Of a stretch of 64,000 nucleotides of DNA, positions 23,121 to 34,126 are shown piece by piece. The first letter of the stretch is position 1. Each line of letters starts with the position of its first letter. Made by a program: the position numbers and the translations under genes. The notes beneath the pieces were generated by a model. That model had not been told where the DNA came from and did no database searches. It saw only the letters and a program-made list of their open reading frames with translations. The DNA comes from Eremomyces bilateralis CBS 781.70 (taxonomy: Eukaryota), in the NCBI GenBank assembly GCA_010015585.1, contig ML975174.1; one strand, written 5' to 3'.

Positions 23121-26100
23121 GGTGTTGAATTGGGGTCTCCGTTTGGAGAACGGACTGGACTGGGTTGAGCCGGTTCAAACCGTCACAAGTACAGTACAGC
23201 TGGACCACTTCGAAAAAAAACCCCGAGTCGAATTCGGCAAGGAGCGATGATGGACGCGCGCGGACGGTCAGAGGATAGATCCTAATAAATACTTTTGGAA
23301 TGGCGAATTCCACCGAATCCTTGTTGTCTGCACAAACACCTCGAGCGTCAGTTCGGTACTAAGATAATGGCAAAACTGTCTTGAAACAGAAACCAGCAGA
23401 TTGGGGTTCTCGAATTGATCGGATGGCTGCATAAGAAAAAGGAAATTCCCCAATACGTGGGTGGTCGTGGGGGCTCCGACATTCAACGGCTGTCCAGCCT
23501 CAAAACTAGAGGCTGAAGTTGACTCGCGCAATTACAGGTCTAATAGGCGACGGAAATGAGAAAATCGGAGCTGTATGACGCCATGACGGAGGAATTACAG
23601 TCCTTTCTGGACCAACAGAACTCGAGAAAATAATGTTCGGGATTGAACTAACCACAGTCAACGACGCGGACGTCGGAGCGGACACATTCTTCTCTTTCTC
23701 GAGGGCGGAATGGCGAGCGATCTCAATTGCAAGGGTCGTTTCGTCGTATTACGAGGCGTCACTCACTCACTGCGACGTGCAGATGGCAAATTCGGAGCGG
23801 AGGGTCTCGTAGTTGAAACGTCCGCGCAAATAATTCGGAGTGCAATTATTTTGGGATTTCGTGATACTGTTCAGCGCGGAAAGGAGTGACGTCTCGCGTG
23901 GTGGCGGGGATGTTTGGACGTTTGGTTGGGCCGGGTTCGGAGTGCGAAATTTCTTAGCAGGTATGTACCAACACGGCGCAAGTCTGGTTAGTCCAGGTGG
24001 TTCCGAAATCCGAATTCTCCAGGAAGGCTGATCCCGATGATCTTGGGCGTGCTCTGCAATGGTGCAAGCGATTTTTAAAAAAGGGACATCGTGAACGGAA
24101 ACGGACTGGCGGACAGCAATCATAAAAGGAACGAAATAGAAAGCTTTGAGGGGAGGGGCGCCGTGGGCAGAGGAGAAGGAATACAATTTAACAGCGGCGG
24201 ATCCGGCCCTGATCAGCGCGTTATGATATACAAGCCCTTGCACAACCTTCACGCGAACACCAGGCACAAATTTGGTGCTACCGCATCGACAATTCTGCCC
24301 ATTCGGCCTGGCTTGTGACACTTGGACCCCATAAGCTGTCGGGTGGATCAGGATTGGACGGATTTGATGACACCTTCTGCCGAACCTGGTGCACATCAAG
24401 GCTCCGGAACGGGATGAGGCCTGAGGGCGTCGCTTTGAAAGTGGTCACAGAGCACACCTGATGGATCTGGTAGTGCTTGCTCATGGTCCCAAACAACCGC
24501 GGGGAAAGGGCATCGTCTCTCTACTTACTCGTGCACTTTGGGGGGAACCTGGCCTTCGATGCAGGATGCATGCAGCATGCAGAAGGCGTCTCTCACTGGC
24601 AAAAGATACTTCCCTGCTTTAGGCGGAGAATCCAGGCATACTCCACTCGCCGATCCTAGCCACAAGGCGCGTCGATCGGACGAAGAGCTCGGAACCAAGG
24701 GATCCATGGTCCGGTCGGATCAAGGGCACTGAAAGCGCACGCAACCGGGATCAACCTGCTACAAGGGCCGGCCAAGCTCAGCGCCGAGCGCAGTGGGTAA
24801 CTGGTGGACTGCGAAGAGTGGAGTGGGATGGTGAATAAGGGGAGAAAGCAGGGGCAATAATCAGTATCCCCAGGTATTACCTTGGATTCACGTTGACGCC
24901 GGGGTAGAACTGTGTTGAAAACATAACAGGTTTGCAGTTCCATGAGGGGGCAGTAAAAGTATCGGGTTCTTATTCGTTAACGGGCCGAATGAAGATATCA
25001 GGGCTCCCTGTCCACACATGGATCAGGAGTTCAGAATGCCAGGGTTATGGTTGTTGGTGCATCAATTCAACCCGAAGTCAGACTAGACGCGTGTAGTCAT
25101 GACAGTTTCTGTTCGGTCGGTATCGGTACCACTGTTCTCCTTGCTTTTGATTCTTCGACCTTCGATTTGTTCCCTTTTTGTCTCCTAAGTTACCAATCCT
25201 AACGGTTTTCAGTTGCCTAACCAGTGACGCTACCGTATGAGAAGCGGGGAACGGCCTGCTAGCGGCCGTTACTAACGCTTCTGTAACGGCTTCAGTGCCT
25301 CACCTCTTTGTCGGGTCCCAACACGATCAGCTGTCAACGTCTCGAATTTCTGCAGGCAGGACATACCCTAAGCTAGCATCGAACAGGGCGTGGAAACTGG
25401 AAACACCTGCCATTATTGAGGCTTATATCTTGCCACCATCGATACACCATACATGTATCTGATACCTCCGCAAAAGCATCCTCCCCATCACGCGACGATG
25501 GCCGATAGGCGAAGATTGGATATGAGGAATAAGGGCTCATCCCAGTGCCCAGGGGCGAGCAGAAATCCAGGTTTTCCTGCCCATTGTTGTCAATGCTCGA
25601 CACCGAGCATAGAGTTCGGCAGTGCGCTCGGTGAACAATGCAATAATATTGTTCTTATAATTTAGATGAGATACGGCGTCCAAACTCCAATGGGACCGGT
25701 GAGATGTCTGTTCGCGATTTTGCATGGAAAAGAGTGTCGATCCTGCCTCGGCATTTTGCGGTGACAATCTACGGGCTCTACGTACATTCCATGTCCTGTT
25801 GTCTACGAATCCTGATGGCTGGGATCGATCCCATCACCCATGTCCAGTGTCCACGCAGGGGAACCATTAGGTTATAGGTATTAGGTACTCAGGAGGCAGG
25901 CCATCATGACTTCAGGTTTGGCTTTGACTGCTTGAATCTGTGCCCGAGAAACAAGTGAGGTTATAGGCCATCTGAAGATGAGTTGTTTATATAATACAGA
26001 TATAGCGGCTCATTACCTCTTGGAAAAAAAGGTCTGCTTCTAGTTTCCAAAGGAGCGGAAGTATACGTCAGAATCATCGTTTACTGTCGTCCACCACCAC

Positions 26101-26949
26101 TACCTATCCTTCAGTTCAATCTAATATAGCGTCACTTGGCTGGCGCTGCCATCCGCAAAGGTCTCGGAGAGGAACAAGTAAATTGGAGCGATGTTTCCAG
26201 AAAGCACTGATGGACTTTAATAATCGAAAGTCCTAGAGAATCGTTTCCACCTTGTTCAGGCATTGCGCCTTCTCCATACCGGCAATTTATGAGAGACCTG
26301 AAGAATTGATATTTGTGGACACTGCAACTACTAGTATGTACATGGAATCTGTTAGTTAGTTATTTGTAAACATTTCGGCAAATATGCGACTGCTTCGATT
26401 CTAGGACGGAATCCGGTCCGCAGAGGCGCAGAGCAGTCTGTTACACCACACTTCGCTCTTCTCCAGGAAGCTCATGCATCTCCAAACCAACATCATAGGT
26501 CTAATATCCGTCAAACATCTGCAAACTGGACAGTAGGATCATCCTGCAGCACCTGCTCACGTCTCACGAGACTAAGGTTACGAGATATCTGCATGGCTAC
26601 TTCTTGAGTCTCTTCTGCGGCCCCATTCGCTCATCGGGAAAGTCAATCCCGCAGCCACACGCGCCCATTGGGCGCTCCCCAACTCCACGATGTAGTTCTG
26701 ACCCGACTAAGTTTCGTAGCGCAATACCCCATGCAAAAGAATGTCGCATGGAAGCTTTTTCGAATCGACTTGTTTCATCAGACGATTCCGCCGGGGCGTT
26801 TGGTGATGTTTGCAGTAAGCAATCGACAACTCGACATGTGTTTGAAAATTGCCATAACCTCCTCCTGCATCCTGAAATTCCTGATATCCGTCTCGTCGAA
26901 GTTTCAGACTTTCGAGCTCTGTTTATGTGTATGTATTATTGTGATGAGC

Positions 26950-26989
26950 ATAATACGAGGCCTCAACTTATAATACGAGGCCCAAACTT
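26950..26989. repeat. 20-bp tandem duplication (2 copies, 2 mismatches)
   Basis: ataatacgaggcctcaactt / ataatacgaggcccaaactt. Confidence 0.85.
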
Positions 26990-27443
26990 ACAATGTGGAG
27001 CTTGAGAAGATCTCAATGTCGTTTTTCTCTCTCAACCTTCCGAGAGAGGCGAGACTTGACTTTTGGGAGACTTGCTTTTGGAGGCTGAGTCGCGTTCTCC
27101 TCTCATGGGGCTCATCCTACGCCGATCTTTTGCTCCACAACCTGCCAAGTGTCAAGTTTCAACCTCAATCTACGGTTCTTCACCTAATAGTTTGATGTTT
27201 TAACTAGCCGCATCTAACTGACTATGCAGTTCTAGGGGGAGCTTGTGGAGGGAGTTATGGCCTTATCCCCAACGACAATACGAAGTGCCCATAAAAGTGA
27301 CAACGAATCGTCGCGCTACGTCAATCCAATCTTTGTTCCAGCGTGTCGGGTTGACCCTATGGAGATTTGATGGACTAATTAAGAAAGTGGAAGCACCACG
27401 ACATGAAAGGAAATCAAAAATGGTGACCCGAACCGAGCGGCTC

Positions 27444-27485
27444 GAGAGTCGAGAGTCCTGAGTCGAGAGTCCTGAGTCGGGAGTC
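27444..27485. repeat. 7-bp tandem repeat, 6 units (NNGAGTC)
   Basis: gagagtc gagagtc ctgagtc gagagtc ctgagtc gggagtc. Confidence 0.85.
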
Positions 27486-30400
27486 AAAAGATGGCTGTGA
27501 TAACGATTTTACATATCCTTTCTCATCATCCTGCGGACCTGAGCCATGCGTCTGTATACAACTCCCCAGCAGCGGATCTCTTGGCTGGGTCCCACTGCAG
27601 CAGTTTTCCCGCGAAAGAAATGAATTCCCTCTTCTCTTCGAGGGCTGTTACCGACTCCTCCAGGCTGATTGATGGCATCTCCACGAGGCCCTTCCAGTTA
27701 CCTAGTCATGATAAGGATTCTGTATGCGTAGGTGTACAGGGGGCTCGAAACTCACTTTTGTCCCAAAATGGAAATCAGTGAATTTCCGGGAGGTGAGCAG
27801 AAGCAGGGGGCAAGCAATCTAATTCTAACAATAACTAAGTTAGTTAGTTAGTGCAGTATGTGATTAACTAGTGAAATTCCAGTTTCGCTGACTAGGTTAA
27901 GGCCAGCTTCAGAACCATCACGTGATGCCCCTTATGGATATCAGTTCAACTGGCCTTAACTGAACAAGGGCCTTCGACCTCGATGTCACGAGCTTGTAGC
28001 CTTCATCCGCATGGCTGGCTGCTCGCTTGCCTGCAGAACTACTACTGATACCCAGAAATATTGATCCAGAGATAGTGAAGTTCGGGTATGGTGAGTCCAG
28101 ATATGACTGTACCCAAAAGGTGGTGGTATTGAAAGATGATGATTGTCGATTGCAATTTAAAAGAATGCTCAGCGTTCCAAAAAATATTTTACTCAATTGT
28201 CTATCCGCACCACCAGCTTTTACTGAGCCATAGAAATTCGTCATTCATTATATTCCATCCTATCACAGCAGTCCCGCTTTTCGTCATGCTCAATGACACA
28301 GCTGGGAAAGGTGTCTTTGGAGGACTTACCTGTCGAGTTCCAACCTGTAGCCCACGACACCATGACGAAAGCCCCCAAAAACCGTCACCCCCGACAAAGC
28401 GGGCTGGTCTTCAGTCACTCCCTTCCATTACTGCGTCGGAGGTCGGTTCCTAATATCAGAATTTTCTCCCAGGGCTCAAAGCCACATCAATCCACTACAG
28501 ATCCATCCGATCACAAGGTTATCAGTCTTGACTTCCTGGAGTACGAACAGCGCCTGGGAGGAGCTCATGTCCACGAGGACGGGCTGCGAATATCAAGGTA
28601 CTACAAAGGAGCAAATAGACCGACTGCCGCATCCATACCTGCCTACTGGGGATGGTTACGGGCTACACAATATCAAGCGGTAGCTGGAAACTGGGTAATT
28701 CTTTGGTCCAAGAACATGGCGAAGCGGTAAATTATTGTTAACGCTTTTGATGAAGAATAAATCTGACGTGTATAGCAGGTCAGTTATCGTGTGGAATGGA
28801 TGCCTCGGTGCATTATGCTCTATCTTTGGCTATAACTGAAGCAAGATGGTGAGCTTTGGCAGGCACTGGGATTTCTCTGTGAAGGGTGGCTCTATAAAGT
28901 CCGGTCAGTTACCAGAAAGGCAGATAGAATAGCAGTAGTCAATATCATTACGGTTATCAATTCTCTAAAGTCTCGAAACCTTAAATCCTTGTTTCTATCT
29001 GGCCATTTGACTTTGATTGTGAGCCCACTGCGAATTGAGATGTCTATAGTGAGCACGAGTCCCCTAGCGGCCAGCCACCACCATCCTAAGGGGACGAAAG
29101 CAGAAAATAATATTGCTGAGTAGCACTTCGCTCTTGACGTGCTGCACCCCACGTAAACAGCGAGTTGTATTAACAGACCTAACGAAAGTGAAGAAATTGC
29201 AATTTCTTATTCCCAGAGGTAAAGTTTGGTATGGATATAAGGGAACAACTATTCCGTAAAAGCTTTCAAACTTACGCGATGGAGATGCCCAACCAATCCA
29301 CGGCTGCCGGAATCCGAGAGGGCAGTTATTTGAAGGCTGGGCACGTTTTCAATGCCCTTTCTACGGACTAGGTATCATCCGGAACCCCAGCTTCAAGAAA
29401 CGCGTTAGCGACTGATCAAGCCTTTCTCCTTCAGCGTTTCCTTGTTTCCATGTTGCTCTGTACCAGGTACTCTCGCCTCAATCCCTCCTCGTACCAACAG
29501 CCGTACCACCAAGAAATTCGGTACCGTATAATCCATATGCTAATACCAGCTCTTCGCCAGGTCGATGGGAATATCCTTGAAGCAAACCCTTGGTCTGATG
29601 ATGGTGGGCAGCGGGGAGACGCCGTACTGACCGTTGGCAGGCGGTATGCGGGGGCGGGGTCTCTCCATATTGCATCGTCTACGGTGGTTGGGGGAGCCCT
29701 GCTTCCGGCTCCTTTGACTTAGCCCAAGACTTTGTACAGGTACTACACTTGCTGCTGCTGGTGCTTCACAGTATCGCAGCAGGAGAACGCCTAAAAGCGA
29801 CTAGAGGGTACAGGTACCTTACGAATACATGAGACATGTTCATGTATTCATCGGTCTGCGGAAATCGCGGCATCACGGGGAACTTTTGCTGCATGAAACC
29901 GTGAGTCTGGACACTACTGTCCCGAAGCCCTGTCATATGCAAGTCAATTCGATGTACCAATACTTCAACCAGCATTCCTTGTCACATGTATCTCGGCCAT
30001 CGGCATGGACGTCGTCACCGTCCGTAGTCACTGTACATCGTCCAGTGTCCTCTGCGCTCTGAGTCTTCCCCGCCCCCTCACAGCCAGCCGTCATCCCCAG
30101 ACTCGTAGGGTCCGCCTCCGGACCCACGGGACGACATGAGATACTATCAGAGTCCTGTGCCACAAGCAGAGCGAAGCGAGCCGAGACCATCATGGGTGGT
30201 GGATCCCTGTTTGATCTGGGGGGTCAGTTAATATATCAGAGGTACAGGACAGCCAGGTATTCACAATCCTCGGGGGGCGGAGGCGGGGTGGCTGCTTCTC
30301 ATACAGAGATCGTGTTTATTTAGGGTGTGGCCAATCGGAGGTTAAAGAAGAGGCCTAGAAGCATTGTTTCGCGACTGTGGTTGCATTAACAGGAGAGGAT

Positions 30401-33400
30401 AGATTGATATGATCGTGGAGAAGAGCTGGGAATCGCGGCAGTTGCGCGTTTTATGCGTCGACACAGGATCATGGGCTTGCGATGAAAGCAGGGACGATTA
30501 GGGTGAGCCCGGACTTCATGCCGATGGAAGACATCAGCTGGTGACCTGGTCGGCGTCCTCTTCTCTGAGCCGTTCCACATTCAGCTCCCTTTGCCTGTGT
30601 TGTTCATTTACTTTCGCGATCCATGACTTGATCAATATCCACAAATTGCACGATTGGCTCTTCCCCGGATGTGCGTATTGATGGTGCACATATCGCGTGG
30701 CCTGCCGTCTACCGGGATCATCCTACGCCTCAGGTCTCGGAACCAAGAATTGGCTATTGAATCCAATCTATCGATGAAAAGCTCCGAGCGGTCAGGTGAA
30801 AGGCCAGTGGATCCAGACAGGCAACGTTCCTGCCTATCGATATTCGTTGATCGACATTCTGACTCCGCATGGCGTCGGCGACAGTGCGACATGGGCATAT
30901 GCCCTGAGATCAGCTTCACGATAGACGGAAAGGATGTCGAAGGGGAAGATCTCCAATATCTTCTACATCTTCGAATCTAAGTATCGTCATATGTCGGCGC
31001 CCAATAAACGAGGGAACTGCGCCGCACACGCCTCGGGTTCTCGAGGTTGACCACTTCGATTCGGCAATGTTCATATATTCTACTCGCCTCGCTCCCTACC
31101 CCATCCGTCTACCGCGCCGTGTATCCCCGTTACTAACTTTGGAGACACCGACGTAATTGCAAACTATATGCGAACAGACACATAGATTTTCCCTCGGCCT
31201 TGCGATGTTGCCAATACGGATTTTGAATATCCGCATTTCCGTTACGGGACGGAACGAAATTCTATGCTCGAAATTCTTGGATTGGTGGTCTAGAGCAGCA
31301 TTCGTACGTGTCTCGGTTTGCTCTTTGACTCATCTCAGCTCTGAGGATTAGTTATCTCAGCCGTAAGCATCTATCAGGGTTAGTAGAGGGATATACAATA
31401 CCCATGGTCTGGTCCATATGCTATGGCCACCGTAAGTACATAGCAAGCTTGAACTCCGCGCTTCTACTACCCGGAAACTGGTTCATTGTTCCTCTCAGCC
31501 GTATTTGATATAGAAGTCTTTTACTAAGCGTCAATTTGAAATCATTGTCTTTCTTTGGCCGGCTGCCTGCGCGCACTGTGTCCAATTATCCCGTGCGACG
31601 GTTCTCCCGAACCTCCACGTCCCGAGTTTCGTGCACAAGTCGCCTCCCAGCCGATGGAACACTGTCACATCGACTCTCGCAGCGGTACGCACAAGGCAAT
31701 AGCCTGGAATGCATTGACAGCATTGTTTCTTTTCTAGCTCTGTGACGCCCCCCTCGTGCTATGGCTCGTTCCGGGATTTCGGTCAGTCTGATCACAGTGA
31801 TACGGGAGCATCAGCAGATGCGGTGCCCCTGTTTGGGACAGATCGCTGTGCGCTCTGAATGGTATTCGGATCAACCATTTGGTACGGGAGTGCGTAAGAA
31901 ATAATGACGCATTTCCTGTAACCATCTTCACTAGAGACATCACCCGCTAGTGATCAGTTGGACTATCTCAATTCAGCGTCTGTATTCCACGTTCCCCGAC
32001 CAGCTAGCCTTCCGCGCCATCAAATTCTCCGAACCGCGTCCCGATCCATTGCTGCCCAACCTTGCCGCGCAGGCTGCATGCAGGTTTCATGCCGGGGAGA
32101 TGGCTCAAGTAGCACAGGTGTCTGTCGTACCCGATGCTTTGCGCCACGACGCGCGGATCTAAACACAAGAATGGTTGGAGGAATATGCTGTGAAATGCTT
32201 CGAGAACTGGGGAATATGTGGCTAGCCTTGAGCATTCGTTTGGCATTACCATAAATGGAGCACTTTCCCGTGGTGAACTGATATGGATGGACGAGGTGGT
32301 ATGGAAATAATGAATGGGGTTTGGGGTTTGGGATTTGGATTGGTAATGGTGAACAATGGTCTCTTGATAGACTAGAACAGTAGTCCCGGAGAATCATCCT
32401 GTGTAATAGGTAGCATCATCATTGAAGTCCACATCTGGCCCAGTTGACCCGCCCCATTGCGCCCCTGGTTGATATTGTGTTTGTGTGTCGTCTGCTCCTG
32501 AATCTTCATGGCCTGAAAATTCCCGTTTCTGCACTTGCTTGATCATCACGTCCAGCATGTCTCTTTAGAACGTGAAGGAACTGTTCTTGGTTTTCCCACG
32601 CTGAGAGACCTCCCGCTATTCTGTTTTTATACACTATTTGTTTCAATAGCAGTGTTTAATGCTTGGGGCTCCGCGGGCTCTATGGACTTGCTCGCCGCAG
32701 ATATGATTTTGATGCCGATAGGGCCAAGCGAAGCAAACTCCCCTACGTCACTCTAATAGGATTAAAAAGGGGCTGAATGGGTTGAATGCATTTGGTACGA
32801 GTATAGCAAACTGCCCCGTCACTCCGGCAAAGGCGGCTGCCTACAGTCCCAAATACAATTTCATACTCGGCGCATAGCCATTCAATAAGTACCACTTGCT
32901 TGGACACATGGACTGCCGCCAATGTGCTGAAAGTGAAGACCAAGGGAAGGAGCCTATAGGAGAAATGCCTTCCCTAGAACGGTTCATGAACAGTAAATCC
33001 CAGGAATAAGAGCAGACTAAGACAGCACAGCAGCGTAAAATGAGAGACCGAAGACGATGCAAATGAAATTAGTCATAAAATGGACGGAATGAAAACTCTA
33101 TGAGGAGCCCATGCGCTGGGTTGACAGGTCCTTTTGCATTTACAAACCCAAGGTCACTCGTGTTGGTTATCTCGTCTTCCTACTAGAGGACAGTCGAACA
33201 GAACAATACCAAACTATACTAGTTCACCAGATCCCATGGTATTGATACCGCATCTGAAACCCCGGGATGTTGCAAATCAGGCATTATCAAGTTTGTTTGG
33301 TCTTCATCCTGAAGCAGCAGTATCGTCGGTTGTCTATAGGGTGAGGGAAGGCAAGGCTTTGATGTCAACAGTGAACAATAGCGGAACTTGAATAAATGGG

Positions 33401-33754
33401 ATATTGAGTTTTAATCAGTTAAGAAGAAGAACGAAGATGCATAATGCTTGGTAGAGCATTCGTATATGAATATGGATATAATTAATATAGACAGACCTCA
33501 AAACAACAGAACATTGGTCACTTTCAATATGGATAGTTGAAGACATCTCAAATGCCAACTGTAGAGATTTCCACTACCACAATCCCAATCTGCCTTTAAT
33601 ACCAATAGTAATGAAGCCTATTTGGCAGTATTGTACAATAGGAATCTCACCTTTTCAAAATGTAGGGGTGAACAATGGTTGAGACTCCATCTTGATATTG
33701 AATTGTGTGTGTAATAAACAACTGCAACTGCAGCTGCAAATAGCTGTAGCACTG

Positions 33755-33914
33755 TTATCTCAGCTTGGGCTCAGACGTTACCCAAGCCATGACCCTGGTT
33801 AAGCTAAACCGTAACCAGATTAAACCCATGTTTAGCGTAAATACTACTCACGTGATTGTAACTGTCTCGTGTAACGTCTGAGAAACTTCAGAGAATTTTC
33901 TGTGGAGTCGTACA
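33755..33914. repeat. Element 1 left terminal structure (outer TIR plus inner inverted block)
   Basis: Outer TTATCTCAG...; CTCAGACGTTAC (33770-33781) is perfectly inverted at 33871-33882 (GTAACGTCTGAG). Confidence 0.85.
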
Positions 33915-34126
33915 TGGTGATAATTGCTAGAAATAATGAGATTGTGAATAACATCATATGGAGAAGTTGAGTGGGCTCCAAAAGTTGATGCGATATAGAT
34001 AAAGGTTTGTTAAACCATCCTATGGCTTTTAAATCTCAAATTTCTAACTGTTAATTCTGTAACTAGCTTTTTAAAACTACTTGTTGCGTCATCTGTCGTA
34101 CAGGTTCACTCTCCAGGTCATCTTCC

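Noticed and set aside
31352..31360. Isolated TTATCTCAG identical to the element 1 terminus, near other CTCAG motifs
   Set aside because: No partner end or TSD found. About one TTAYCTCAG match is expected by chance over both strands of 64 kb.
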